From Verrucomicrobiota bacterium (GTDB lineage Bacteria; Verrucomicrobiota; Verrucomicrobiia; Limisphaerales; CANJSG01): DNA of 64,000 bases. Positions 18,731 to 29,293 of the stretch are shown one piece after another. The position numbers were made by a program, and so were the translations under genes. Each line of letters starts with the position of its first letter. The first letter of the stretch is position 1. The notes under the pieces were generated by a model, which was not told the origin of the DNA, did not search any database, and was given only the letters and a program-made list of their open reading frames with translations. The stretch lies in NCBI GenBank assembly GCA_038209745.1, contig JBBQXJ010000004.1, positions 37,882-101,881 on the forward strand, in the 5' to 3' direction.

Positions 18731-21700
18731 ATGAACACGACTTACCCGAACCTCCCCGGATCCCTGTATCGGCCCGAGTTCGAACACGACGCCTGCGGTG
18801 TCGGCTTTATCGCCAACACCACCGGCAAGAAAGAATTCCGGATCCTCGAGTATGCGATCCAGGCCCTGTGCAACTTGGCCCATCGCGGCGCCTTGGACGC
18901 GGACGCGAAGACAGGGGACGGCGCGGGGGTCATGACCCAGATCCCCCATGCCCTGTTCCGCCGTGAGGTGGAAAAGCTGGGTGGCAATCTCGGCGAGGAT
19001 TCCGATTTGGCGATCGGCGTGGTCTTCCTGCCCCGGGACAACAAATACCAGGCCAGCGTCGCCCAGGCGATCATCGACGACGCCTGCGCCAAGTTCGGCA
19101 TCCACGTCTTCGGTTGGAGGCCCGTTCCGGTCAATCCGCGCAGTCTCGGAGACAAGGCCAAGGACACCATGCCGGATGTCCAGCAGATCTTGATGGGGCG
19201 AACCCAGGGCTGGAGCGAAATCGAATTCGAACGGAAGCTCTATCTCGCCCGCAAGACAGCGGAACGGCGGGCCCGCGAAGAAAAGGTGGAAGGCTTCTAC
19301 ATCCCTTCCTTCTCCTCCCGCACCATCGTCTACAAAGGGCTCTTCAACGCCCCGCAGCTACAGAAGTTCTACACCGACCTGAAGGATCCGCTGTTCACCA
19401 CCGCTCTGGCGGTCTACCACCAGCGGTATTCCACGAACACGTTCCCGAACTGGCAGTTGTCCCATCCGTTTCGGGTGCTCGCCCACAACGGCGAGATCAA
19501 CACGCTCATGGGGAACAAGAACTGGACCGCCGCGCGCGAACGCGAACTGGTCTCGGAGATCTGGGGCGATCAAATCGACCTGATCAAACCGATCATCGAA
19601 CCGGAAGGCTCCGATTCCGCCGCCTTGGACAACGCGCTGGAACTGCTCCAGTTGAGCGGCCGCGACATTCTCCACAGCATCATGATGCTCACGCCGGAAG
19701 CGTGGGAGAACACGGCCGACCTGGATCCCAAGCTGCGCGGCTTCTACCAATACCATTCCGCCCTCAACGAACCCTGGGACGGGCCCGCCGCCGTCGTCTT
19801 CTCCGACGGCAAGATCGTCGGAGCCACGCTCGACCGCAACGGTCTGCGGCCCGCGCGCTACAAGATCTACGAAGACGGGCTCCTCGTCATGGGCTCAGAA
19901 GTCGGGGTCGTCCAACTCGACGACAAAAAGGTCGTCCGCAAGGGCCGCCTCGGCCCCGGAAAGATCCTCGCGATCGACACGGAAAAGGGAGTCTTCATGG
20001 ACAACGACGAGGTCAAGACCCTCGTCGCCTCGAAGCAGCCCTACGACGAATGGTGCGCCAAGCACCTCTTCTCGCTGAGCGACCACGCCAAATCGTTCAC
20101 AACCGAGGCCGCCCAGGTCAACCTGCTCGACTTCACCCTCCAGCAGATCGTCTTCGGCTGGGACAACGAACAGCTCCGCGAGGTCCTGAAACCCATGGCG
20201 ACCGCCGCCGCCGAGCCGATCGGTTCGATGGGCGACGACACCCCGTTGGCGGTGCTCTCGAAGCGCCCACGCCTGCTGTTCGACTACTTCAAGCAGATGT
20301 TCGCGCAGGTCACGAACCCGCCGATCGATTCCATCCGCGAGAAGATCGTCATGTCCGTGAGCACGGTGATGGGCCAGCGCAAGTCGTGGCTCACCGAGAC
20401 CCCCGAACATATCCGGCTGATCAAGCTCGATTCGCCGTTCATGTTCGACCATGAGCTCGCGGCGCTCCGCCAGATCCCCAACCCCGAATTCAACAGCGAA
20501 ACCATCTTCTGCCATTTCGACGCCCAGAAGGGTCCGGACGACATGGCGGCCGCGCTGAAGGCCATCTGCGACGCCGCCTCCAAGGCCGTCTCGGCGGGGC
20601 ATACCACCATCATCCTCTCCGACCGTGGCGTGGATGCCCAGAAGGTCCCCATCCCGATGTTGCTCGCCGTCGGCGCGGTCCATCACCACCTCATCCGCGA
20701 AGGCCGCCGCCTCAGCATGTCCATCGTCTGCGAAAGCGGCGAAGCCCGTGACGTCCATCACTTCGCCCTCCTCCTCGGCTTTGGCGCCAGCGCGGTGAAT
20801 CCCTACGTCGCCGTCGACTCGATCCGGCAGGCCGTCGAAGCCGGCGACTACGGATCCGACATCACGTTGACCAAGGCGGTCGCGAACTTCCGCAAAGCGA
20901 TCGAGAGCGGGATGTTGAAGGTCATGGGCAAGATGGGCATCTCCACCCTGTCCAGCTATCGCGGCGCCCAGATCTTCGAGGCCATCGGCGTGTCCCAGGA
21001 CGTCATCGACCAGTGCTTCTGCGGCACCGTTTCCCAGGTGGGCGGCGTCACCCTCGACCTCATCGCCCAGGACGCCATCCGGAGGCACGCGGGCGCCTAC
21101 TCGGCACCGGAGAACGCCGCGCTCGACGAAGGCGGCTGTTACAAGGTCGCCCGCGGTGGACGCGGTGAATTCCACGCCTTCAATCCCCAGGTCATCCTCA
21201 CCATGCACCGCTTCCTCAAGAGCGGCGGCAAGCGCGAGGACTACCTCAAATACATGGACACGGTGAACAAGCGCGACCCCGTCAGCCCACGCGACCTGCT
21301 CACCTTCGTTACCTCCGGGACACCGGTTCCGATCGACGAGGTGGAGCCCATCGAGGACATCCGCCGCCGCTTCACCACTGCCGGCATGTCCCTCGGCGCG
21401 CTCTCTCCCGAAGCCCACGAGTGCCTCGCCCTCGCGATGAACTCCATCGGCGGCAAGTCCAACTCGGGCGAAGGGGGTGAAGACCCCGCCCGCTTGAACA
21501 CCGAACGGAACTCCGCGATCAAACAGATCGCCTCCGGCCGATTCGGCGTCACCCCCGCCTACTTGGCGAGCGCACAGGAAATCGAGATCAAGATGGCCCA
21601 GGGAGCAAAGCCCGGCGAAGGCGGCCAGCTCCCCGGACACAAGGTCAGCCCGATGATCGCCAAGCTCCGCTACAGCGTGCCCGGCGTGCCCCTCATCTCG

Positions 21701-23296
21701 CCGCCGCCGCATCACGACATCTATTCCATCGAGGACCTGTCGCAGCTGATCTACGACCTGAAGCAGGTCAATCCCCGCGCGAAAGTCTGCGTCAAGCTCG
21801 TGGCCTGCGCCGGAGTCGGCACCGTCGCCGCCGGCGTCGCCAAAGCCTACGCGGACGTCGTCCTGATCTCCGGACATGACGGCGGCACCGGCGCTTCGCC
21901 GCTCAGCTCCATCAAGAACACCGGCGGTCCCTTCGAGTTCGGACTCGCCGAAGCCCAGCAGACCCTGATGTTGAACGATCTCCGGTCCCGCATCGTTCTT
22001 CGGACCGACGGCGGCATCAAGACCGGCCGCGACATCGTTCTCGCCGCCCTGCTCGGAGCCGAGGAGTTCAACTTCGGCACCGCGGCGGTCATCGCCGCCG
22101 GCTGCGCGATGTTCCGGGTTTGCCACCTGAACACCTGCCCCGTCGGGGTCGCCACCCAGAAGGAAGAGCTCCGCCTCAAGTTCCGCGGCAAGCCCGAAAA
22201 CGTCGTCGCGTTCTTCAACTCCATCTCCCAGGAAGTCCGCGAGATCATGGCCGATCTCGGGATCCGCAAGCTCGACGAGCTCATCGGACGGACCGACCTG
22301 CTCGAACGCAAGCCTTTGACCGAATTCCCCGAGGAACTTCGGCCCAAGATCGCCAGCCTCCAACTCGAACGGCTGCTCTTCCAGGTGGATCCCTCCGGCA
22401 ACTCCACCCGCATCCACACTCGCGAGCGCAACGAGCGGTTCGGTGACAGCTCGCTCGACGACAAGATCATGTCCGACGCCCGCGTGGCGCTCCAAGGCAA
22501 CGGCGTGGCCAAGCTCGCCTACAAGATCAACAACACCCACCGGAACATCGGCACCAAGATCTCCGGCCAGATCGGCTTCACCTACGGCGACGAAGGCCTG
22601 CCCGATGGCTCGCACATCGACATCACCCTGACCGGCAGTGCCGGCCAGAGCTTTGGCACCTTCCTCTCGAAGAGCATCCGTCTGAAGCTGGTCGGAGAGG
22701 CCAACGACTATGTCGGAAAGGGCATGAACGGAGGCGAAATCGTCGTCCGGCCCCCTGCCGGGGTGAAGTTTGTCTGGGCTGATCAGAGCATCGTGGGCAA
22801 CACCTGCCTCTACGGCGCCACCGGTGGACGCCTGTTCGCCGCGGGCCGCGCCGGTGAACGCTTCGCCGTCCGCAATTCCGGAAGCACCGCCGTCGTCGAA
22901 GGCGTCGGCGACCACGGCTGCGAATACATGACCGGCGGCAAGATCGTCGTCCTCGGGGAAACCGGCCGCAACTTCGGTGCCGGCATGTCCGGTGGCCGGG
23001 CCTACGTCTACGACCCGGAGAACGAGTTCGCCACGCGTTACAACAACCAGATGGTCGGCATCGAACCCTTCACTTCGGACGAGGAAGAGAAGGCAGTGCA
23101 GGCGCTCATCTACGCGCATCTGGAGGCCACCGAGTCACCCCGTGCCAACGAAATCCTGAAGAACTGGTCCTCCACCCGGAACGAGTTCCGCGTGGTCGTA
23201 CCCCGTCCGGCCACAGCTCCTCCCGGAGCGGCCCCGGTGCACGAGGTCGAAAAGAAGAGCGAAAGCGGGGACACGGTCGTCCTCAAGAAGGACTGA
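18731..23296 (+). CDS. gltB: Glutamate synthase large subunit
   Basis: EHDACGVGF Ntn cysteine, HQRYSTNT, NSGEGGED, KMAQGAKPGEGG, CAMFRVCHLNTC 3Fe-4S motif, GXGXG domain. Confidence 0.97.
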   Translation: MNTTYPNLPGSLYRPEFEHDACGVGFIANTTGKKEFRILEYAIQALCNLAHRGALDADAKTGDGAGVMTQIPHALFRREVEKLGGNLGEDSDLAIGVVFLPRDNKYQASVAQAIIDDACAKFGIHVFGWRPVPVNPRSLGDKAKDTMPDVQQILMGRTQGWSEIEFERKLYLARKTAERRAREEKVEGFYIPSFSSRTIVYKGLFNAPQLQKFYTDLKDPLFTTALAVYHQRYSTNTFPNWQLSHPFRVLAHNGEINTLMGNKNWTAARERELVSEIWGDQIDLIKPIIEPEGSDSAALDNALELLQLSGRDILHSIMMLTPEAWENTADLDPKLRGFYQYHSALNEPWDGPAAVVFSDGKIVGATLDRNGLRPARYKIYEDGLLVMGSEVGVVQLDDKKVVRKGRLGPGKILAIDTEKGVFMDNDEVKTLVASKQPYDEWCAKHLFSLSDHAKSFTTEAAQVNLLDFTLQQIVFGWDNEQLREVLKPMATAAAEPIGSMGDDTPLAVLSKRPRLLFDYFKQMFAQVTNPPIDSIREKIVMSVSTVMGQRKSWLTETPEHIRLIKLDSPFMFDHELAALRQIPNPEFNSETIFCHFDAQKGPDDMAAALKAICDAASKAVSAGHTTIILSDRGVDAQKVPIPMLLAVGAVHHHLIREGRRLSMSIVCESGEARDVHHFALLLGFGASAVNPYVAVDSIRQAVEAGDYGSDITLTKAVANFRKAIESGMLKVMGKMGISTLSSYRGAQIFEAIGVSQDVIDQCFCGTVSQVGGVTLDLIAQDAIRRHAGAYSAPENAALDEGGCYKVARGGRGEFHAFNPQVILTMHRFLKSGGKREDYLKYMDTVNKRDPVSPRDLLTFVTSGTPVPIDEVEPIEDIRRRFTTAGMSLGALSPEAHECLALAMNSIGGKSNSGEGGEDPARLNTERNSAIKQIASGRFGVTPAYLASAQEIEIKMAQGAKPGEGGQLPGHKVSPMIAKLRYSVPGVPLISPPPHHDIYSIEDLSQLIYDLKQVNPRAKVCVKLVACAGVGTVAAGVAKAYADVVLISGHDGGTGASPLSSIKNTGGPFEFGLAEAQQTLMLNDLRSRIVLRTDGGIKTGRDIVLAALLGAEEFNFGTAAVIAAGCAMFRVCHLNTCPVGVATQKEELRLKFRGKPENVVAFFNSISQEVREIMADLGIRKLDELIGRTDLLERKPLTEFPEELRPKIASLQLERLLFQVDPSGNSTRIHTRERNERFGDSSLDDKIMSDARVALQGNGVAKLAYKINNTHRNIGTKISGQIGFTYGDEGLPDGSHIDITLTGSAGQSFGTFLSKSIRLKLVGEANDYVGKGMNGGEIVVRPPAGVKFVWADQSIVGNTCLYGATGGRLFAAGRAGERFAVRNSGSTAVVEGVGDHGCEYMTGGKIVVLGETGRNFGAGMSGGRAYVYDPENEFATRYNNQMVGIEPFTSDEEEKAVQALIYAHLEATESPRANEILKNWSSTRNEFRVVVPRPATAPPGAAPVHEVEKKSESGDTVVLKKD

Positions 23297-23320
23297 CCCA
23301 AGCACGCTGGCAGCAAACGA

Positions 23321-23352
23321 AACGGGCGGATCCGATCGCGGATCCGCCCGTT
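23321..23352. terminator. Hairpin terminator after gltB
   Basis: aacgggcggatcc-N6-ggatccgcccgtt perfect 13-bp stem between convergent genes. Confidence 0.75.
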
Positions 23353-23392
23353 CTTAAAGAAGGGCTGTTCGTTTCCCGATCGAGTCGTCCCG

Positions 23393-24796
23393 TCAAACGC
23401 CTTTCAACCGTCCCGTCGAATCACCCAGACGCTCGATGCCTTCGGCCCCCATCTGGTCGGCCAAGGTCAGCAGGAGATTGCTCATGGGCTGCCCGCCAAA
23501 TTTGGCGAACCGTCCCGGCGTGATCCGCCCGCCACCGGCACCGGCAAGCAACAGAGGGAGGTTGGAGTGGGTGTGTCGGTTTCCGTCGGAATTGCCGCTG
23601 CCGTAGACGATCATGGAGTTGTGCAGGAGGGACTGTCCGTCCACGTCCTCCGTCGCCTCCATCTTCCCGAGGAACCGCGCGAACCGCTCCATGTACCACG
23701 CGTCGATCTTCGCGACCTTTTCGATCATCTCTTTGTTGTTCTGGTGGTGGGTGAGGTTGTGGTGGCCCTCGGAAATTCCCATTTCTGGAAACGGACGGTT
23801 GCTCCCTTCGCTCGCCATCAAGAACGTCGAGATCCGGGTCGAATCGGTGCGGAACGCGAGCACCATCATGTCGAACATCAGATCGATATGTTCCGCGTAG
23901 TTGGCCGGGATACCGGCCGGCGTCTCCATGTCGGGATCGGGGGTCTTGCCTTGGAACCTCTCGGCCAGTTCGATCCGCTTCTCGATCTCGCGCACGCTGC
24001 TCAGATACTCGTCGAGCTTGGCCCGGTCGCGCGCCATCATCTTGCCTTGGAGATCCTTCGCGTCCGTCAGGACAAAATCGAGGATCGACCTCTGCTGCTT
24101 TTGACGACGCAGAAGATTGTTCGCCCGTTCACCGGGACCGCCGCTCCCAAAGAGTCTTTCGAAGACCAGTCTCGGATTCGGCTCGGGAGAAACAGGCGTG
24201 CCCTCGGACTTCCACGAAAGGTTGTATTGATAGGCGCAGGAATAGCCGGAGTCGCAGTTGCCGGATTTGCGCACCTTGTCGCTGGTCAGCTCCATCGACG
24301 GAAATCGAGTAAGATGACCGATCCGTTGCGCCGTGAGCTGGTCGATGGACGGGCCCGCCTTGATGTCCGACCCTGCCGTTTTCCTCACCCGCACACCGGT
24401 CAGGAACGTTCCACTCGCCCGGGCATGATCCCCGGCTCCGTCGGGCCCGGCGGTGGCGTTTTGGTGGTCCAACCCTCCCAACACCTGCACCTTGCCGCGC
24501 AGCGCCTCCAAAGGCCGCATCGTTTCCGCAAGCTTGAAGTCCGATCCCTCGCCCCCCGGCCACCACGTGCTCTGGATCATGCCGTTGGGCACATAGACAA
24601 ACGCCATCCGCAGCGGGGCTCCTCCGGGAGTGAGCGCGCTGGCGGGCGCAGCGGCCGCTTGCAGCGCCAGCGGGCGGAATGACTCGAACGCCGGCAAAGC
24701 AAGACAGGCGCCCAACCCTCGCAGGAAGGTGCGGCGGTTCAGACTGCCATGGCGCGCGGCGGCGATTTCAGCGGGATGAAGCGGTGTCGGTTTCAT
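23393..24796 (-). CDS. DUF1552 (HXXSHH) family Tat-exported protein
   Basis: LNRRTFL Tat motif, FVYVPNGM, CDSGYSCAY, HHNLTHH, HTHSNLP. Confidence 0.85.
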   Translation of the reverse strand: MKPTPLHPAEIAAARHGSLNRRTFLRGLGACLALPAFESFRPLALQAAAAPASALTPGGAPLRMAFVYVPNGMIQSTWWPGGEGSDFKLAETMRPLEALRGKVQVLGGLDHQNATAGPDGAGDHARASGTFLTGVRVRKTAGSDIKAGPSIDQLTAQRIGHLTRFPSMELTSDKVRKSGNCDSGYSCAYQYNLSWKSEGTPVSPEPNPRLVFERLFGSGGPGERANNLLRRQKQQRSILDFVLTDAKDLQGKMMARDRAKLDEYLSSVREIEKRIELAERFQGKTPDPDMETPAGIPANYAEHIDLMFDMMVLAFRTDSTRISTFLMASEGSNRPFPEMGISEGHHNLTHHQNNKEMIEKVAKIDAWYMERFARFLGKMEATEDVDGQSLLHNSMIVYGSGNSDGNRHTHSNLPLLLAGAGGGRITPGRFAKFGGQPMSNLLLTLADQMGAEGIERLGDSTGRLKGV

Positions 24797-27215
24797 GGAT
24801 TGGGGATTGTTTAGACGTTACCTCGGGTTTGCGGTCCGCGCGAGCCCCGGCGACGAGCTTCGCGGTCTGACGCCGCTGGAACGGCGCCGACTCGATGACG
24901 CCCATCAACAGAGCCGAGAAGCGGCCTTCGTTTGCTTCGAGCCGATGGACAATCTGGTCGACCGTCTCGACATCGTAGTATTCGAGCCCGCGGCCCAGCG
25001 CGAAGGTCAGAAACTTCTCGGTCAGGCAGTCATAGAAATCCTGCCGCCGTGCCGTGGCCAAAATCCGCTTGAGATCGCTGATGTTGGAGAATTTCTCCCC
25101 TGTGATCAGCTGTCCCGTAGACTCGATGGGCTGGTGCCGCTCCTGATCGCGCCAGAGACCCATGGCATTGAAGTTCTCCATGGCCAATCCCAGTGGATCC
25201 ATCCGCGAATGGCACGAATGGCAGAGCGGCGATTTCTGGTGCAGTTCCAAAGCTTCGCGCAACGTCGGCTCGTGGTCCTTCACCGAGGCTTCCGCGGCTT
25301 CCAGCGAAGGGACGTTGGCCGGCGGCGGCGGCGGCGGCGAACCCAGGAGGTTTTCCAGGATAAACAGGCCTCTCTTGACCGGTGAAGTCCGATCCGGATT
25401 CGAAGTCACTACAAGGATCGAGCCCTGGGTCAGGATGCCGCCGCGCGGGCTGCCCTCTGGCAGTGTGGCCAGCCGCATTTTGTCCCCTTTCACGTTCAGG
25501 TTGGTTAGTCCATAGAAGGTGGCCAGTGTCTCGTTCAGGAACGTGTAGTTCGCATCCAACAACTCCACCACGCTCCGATCCATCTTGGCCACGTAGTCGA
25601 AGGCCAGCTCGGTTTCGCGCCGCATCGCCAAGCGGGTCGCGCGGTCCAGCTCGATCCGGGGACGAAAGCGGCCTCCGCTAGAACCGCCTTCATCCCGCGC
25701 CAAGATCGCCCTGGAATTGATCGGCACGCCCTCGACATCGCGCACCTGAAGCCATTGCCCGACGAAGTTTCCCACCATCTCCCGTGACCGCTCGTCGGCC
25801 ATCATGCGGCGCACCTCGCCAGAAAGGTTTTTCCGGAGCTGCCCTCGGTCGGCCAACCCGATCAGCTCGTCGTCCGGCATCGTCGACCAAAGAAAGTAGG
25901 ACAACCGCGAGGCCAGAGAATACTCGTCGACCAATGGATCACCCTTCGACGACCGGGTCCGGATCGTATCCTCCATGCGAAACAGGAAGCGCGGCGAGGC
26001 CAGCACCGCCACCATCGCCCGGGCCAATCCTCCCTCGAAACCCCGCTCCGGAGCGTTGTATTCCCCTTCCGCGAAGTTCACCAAGCGATCCAAGAACGCC
26101 GGATCGACCGGCCTACGAAACGCCTTTGTCGCAAAGCGGAGCAACACCTTCCGGGCGACCGTCCGGCGTTCTTCCGGCGTGCTGGGAGACTCGCCACTGA
26201 AGAAGCGGTCGTAGTTTTCCGGACGTTGGCGGAATTCCGGCTCGAGTGGCCCTTCGATCCGGACGGACACCACCTCCATGTCCACGGACGACTTCTTTTG
26301 ATCCCGGGACACCAAGGGCTTGAGATCGAAGGCCAGCAGTCGTTTCCCCGGCGTCCACTTCTCTTCGGTGCTCCAAGCGATCCGGCGGCCGTCGTCCCAT
26401 TTGAACTCGTCGGATTTCTTTTCCTGTCCGTCGATGCTGAAGGCAAACCGGCTGCGGCCTGGGTCAAAGTCGAAAGCGCCGCGCACGCCCAGCTCGATCT
26501 GGACCCGATAGGTCCCTGGGTTGGCGATAGTGATCGTCCGCTCCACCTTGGCCTCGTCGTAGAAAGACAGCCGCCGGGCGTTGCCCGCATCGTCCTTGCG
26601 CTTGAAATCACGGCCGGAGAACTCCTGCGAAGGGACGACCCATTGGACGACAGGAACCGCGTTCGAGACGATGGTTTCCGCCGCCTTGAGATACTTCTCC
26701 AACAGCAACGGGGACAGGGAGAGCACGTCCCCGATGTTGTCGAACCCGTATCCGGTGTCGTCCGGCGGGAATTCCTCGTCCGTCCGGAACTCGATGCCCA
26801 TCAGGTCATGGATCGTGTTCTGGTATTCGCGGCGATTCAGGCGACGCATCGTCACCCGTCCCGCCGGCGGATTCTTGGGATCCAGATCGAAGGCGTCCCG
26901 CTTGATCCACTTCTCCAACTCGGCGATCTCGCTGGCGTCGGGTCTCGGCTTTTCCAAGGGCGGCATCAAACCCGCTCTTACATTCTTCAACACGACCGAC
27001 CAAAGCTTGTGGTCGCCCACCAGATCCCCCGGCGAAGCGTGTCCATCGAACGCCACCTTGCCCTTGGACATCCCGTCGCCGTGGCAGTCGTAACAATATT
27101 TGATCAGCAAGGGTTCGATGGTCTTGGCATAGCTGGCAGTTGCGCCGTTTTCAGCCATCCCTGAGCTCGTCGACCCTATCAACCCGCAAACAAACAAGAT
27201 CGGGCCGATCTTCAT
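24768..27215 (-). CDS. DUF1592-family c-type cytochrome protein
   Basis: CYDCH and CHSCH heme motifs, RRLNRREYQNT, GFDNIG, LASRLSYFLWSTMPD, RTSPVKRG; start uncertain (27215/27236/27260). Confidence 0.85.
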   Translation of the reverse strand: MKIGPILFVCGLIGSTSSGMAENGATASYAKTIEPLLIKYCYDCHGDGMSKGKVAFDGHASPGDLVGDHKLWSVVLKNVRAGLMPPLEKPRPDASEIAELEKWIKRDAFDLDPKNPPAGRVTMRRLNRREYQNTIHDLMGIEFRTDEEFPPDDTGYGFDNIGDVLSLSPLLLEKYLKAAETIVSNAVPVVQWVVPSQEFSGRDFKRKDDAGNARRLSFYDEAKVERTITIANPGTYRVQIELGVRGAFDFDPGRSRFAFSIDGQEKKSDEFKWDDGRRIAWSTEEKWTPGKRLLAFDLKPLVSRDQKKSSVDMEVVSVRIEGPLEPEFRQRPENYDRFFSGESPSTPEERRTVARKVLLRFATKAFRRPVDPAFLDRLVNFAEGEYNAPERGFEGGLARAMVAVLASPRFLFRMEDTIRTRSSKGDPLVDEYSLASRLSYFLWSTMPDDELIGLADRGQLRKNLSGEVRRMMADERSREMVGNFVGQWLQVRDVEGVPINSRAILARDEGGSSGGRFRPRIELDRATRLAMRRETELAFDYVAKMDRSVVELLDANYTFLNETLATFYGLTNLNVKGDKMRLATLPEGSPRGGILTQGSILVVTSNPDRTSPVKRGLFILENLLGSPPPPPPANVPSLEAAEASVKDHEPTLREALELHQKSPLCHSCHSRMDPLGLAMENFNAMGLWRDQERHQPIESTGQLITGEKFSNISDLKRILATARRQDFYDCLTEKFLTFALGRGLEYYDVETVDQIVHRLEANEGRFSALLMGVIESAPFQRRQTAKLVAGARADRKPEVTSKQSPIHETDTASSR

Positions 27216-27541
27216 CGCTCGTGCACACCGGAACATCATTGCAGCAATATCTAGCGCCATACTTGTGAAACCTAGGATCTGACGATGGTGAAGACGCCGG
27301 ATTCACCAAAAGCGTATCAAAAACATCAGACAATAGGGTCCACTTCATGACAGCCACCCTTCCAGAGCGGGAATCCGCCGAAACTGCCTCGCACCGTCGC
27401 GTCCCGACCGGCCGGTTCCAAGGGGCCTCCCGCCCGTCGGACACGTGACCGCGCAGGAAAGGTTGCCCCGCTTATTCCTTGGAGTTCCCGCGCAACTTTT
27501 CTTAGGTTCGCGCGTTTCCTAGACGAAACCGACCCGGCCAC

Positions 27542-29293
27542 ATGGCATTGCTTTCAATCAAGAACATCCTGGAACAAGAGGGGATAGCCACGGCGAACCA
27601 GTTCGCAGAGTGGGTGCGGGCTTGGCGCTCGGCCTCGGAGAACGGCGGCCATGAAACCCTGCTCGCCTTCATCGCCAGGGAACGCGGCGTGGCCGAGGAC
27701 CAGTTGCTCAAGACCCTCGGCAAGGCCCTCAATTGGCCTGTCCTGGAACTCGGCAAGCTCGACATCCCGGTCGATGCCCGCGCCAAGATCTCCACCAAGG
27801 TCGCCTTCCAATACAACGTCATGCCGGCGGTGCTGGAAGACGGAGTCCTGACCGTCGCCGTCAGCAATCCTTTCGATTCCGGGATGCTCGGCGCCGTCCA
27901 GTTCGACGCCCGCGGTCCGGTCCAGTTCGCCTTGGCCACCAGCGCCGACATCGAGAAGACGCTCAAGAAATACTACGGCGTCGGAGCCGAGACCCTCGAC
28001 GAGATCTCCAAGGACGATCCGATGGAGCTGATCGTCGGCGACAACAAGGAGATCACGGAGGACGACCAGGAGGCGTCGATCATCAAGTTCGTCAACCAGA
28101 TCATCTGGGAGGCCTACAAGACCCGCGCCACCGACATCCATTTCGAGCCCCAGGAGGACGAGCTCCGCATCCGCTACCGCATCGACGGCATCCTGAACCA
28201 GACGCCGATGCCGCCGCAGTTGAAGCGCTACCAGGCGGCGCTCATCTCCCGCATCAAGGTGATGTCCGGAATGAACATCGCCGAGAAGCGACTCCCCCAG
28301 GACGGCCGCATCAACGTCCGCATCAAAGGCGAGGAAATCGACATCCGCGTCTCCACCGTTCCTACGGTTCACGGCGAGTCCGTGTCGCTGCGGTTGCTGA
28401 TGCGCGGCAAGATTCTCTTCAGCCTGGACAAGCTGGGATTCGACGCCGAGGCCGACGCGATCATCCGCGAGATCATCGTCAAACCCCACGGCATCTTCCT
28501 CGTGACCGGCCCGACCGGTTCCGGCAAGTCCACCTCGCTCTACGCCTTCCTTAGCACGATCAACTCCGTCACCAAACGGATCATCACCATCGAGGAGCCC
28601 GTCGAATACGAGCTGAAGGGCATCAACCAGATCGCCGTCCGCTCCGACATCGGCCTGACGTTTGCGATGGGCCTGCGCCACATCCTGCGGCAGGATCCCA
28701 ACGTGGTGATGGTCGGCGAAATCCGTGATTCCGAGACGGCCGAGATCGCCATCCGCGCCTCGCTGACGGGTCACTTGGTCTTCTCCACGCTGCACACGAA
28801 CGACGCTCCCAGCGCCTTCACCCGACTCGTGGACATGGGGATAGAGCCGTTCCTCGTGGCGTCTTCGGTCGAGGCGATCATGGCCCAGCGATTGGTCCGC
28901 ACCATTTGTCCGCATTGCAAGACGCCGCAACAGGTCGATCCGGAGTATCTCCGGAAGATCGGCTTTCCGGCCCACGCAGCGGATTCGGTCACGTTCTATC
29001 GCGGCCTTGGCTGCGAAGAATGCCGCATGCTCGGCTATCAGGGCCGGCAGGGCATCCATGAACTGCTCATCGTCACCGAGGCCATCCGCCCACTGGTCAT
29101 GCAGCGCGCCCCGGCCTCGAACATCGCCCAGAAAGCGGTGGAAGGCGGCATGAAGAACCTGCGCCAGGACGGCTGGCTCAAGGTCAAGAACGGCATCACC
29201 ACCCTGGAGGAAGTCCTCCGCGTCACCCAGTCCGAGGAACACATGAAATCGCTCGTGGACGACAGCCGCACTGAAGTATGGGTGAAAAGCTGA
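27542..29293 (+). CDS. gspE: GspE/PilB-family secretion/pilus assembly ATPase
   Basis: ATDIHFEP, EKRLPQDGR, GPTGSGKS, LRQDPNVVMVGEIRD, TGHLVFSTLHTN, CPHC..CEEC. Confidence 0.9.
   Translation: MALLSIKNILEQEGIATANQFAEWVRAWRSASENGGHETLLAFIARERGVAEDQLLKTLGKALNWPVLELGKLDIPVDARAKISTKVAFQYNVMPAVLEDGVLTVAVSNPFDSGMLGAVQFDARGPVQFALATSADIEKTLKKYYGVGAETLDEISKDDPMELIVGDNKEITEDDQEASIIKFVNQIIWEAYKTRATDIHFEPQEDELRIRYRIDGILNQTPMPPQLKRYQAALISRIKVMSGMNIAEKRLPQDGRINVRIKGEEIDIRVSTVPTVHGESVSLRLLMRGKILFSLDKLGFDAEADAIIREIIVKPHGIFLVTGPTGSGKSTSLYAFLSTINSVTKRIITIEEPVEYELKGINQIAVRSDIGLTFAMGLRHILRQDPNVVMVGEIRDSETAEIAIRASLTGHLVFSTLHTNDAPSAFTRLVDMGIEPFLVASSVEAIMAQRLVRTICPHCKTPQQVDPEYLRKIGFPAHAADSVTFYRGLGCEECRMLGYQGRQGIHELLIVTEAIRPLVMQRAPASNIAQKAVEGGMKNLRQDGWLKVKNGITTLEEVLRVTQSEEHMKSLVDDSRTEVWVKS

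Noticed and set aside
19895..23119. 1074-aa antisense ORF (also 54060-56810, 41562-44504, 6986-9166, 10970-12628 and similar)
   Set aside because: Shadow frames of well-supported genes; expected from high-GC codon bias and show no motifs
27243..27259. TGGC-N8-TTGC upstream of the DUF1592 gene
   Set aside because: One base too long for the strict sigma-54 spacing
27369..27397. GGGAA...CTGCCTCGCACCGT resembling part of a cobalamin riboswitch
   Set aside because: Lacks the intervening stem/T-loop and a downstream B12 box; downstream gene is a secretion ATPase
27514..27527. 13/14 match to the -35 half of the duplicated ECF-like promoter
   Set aside because: No CGTAA-like -10 at the right spacing
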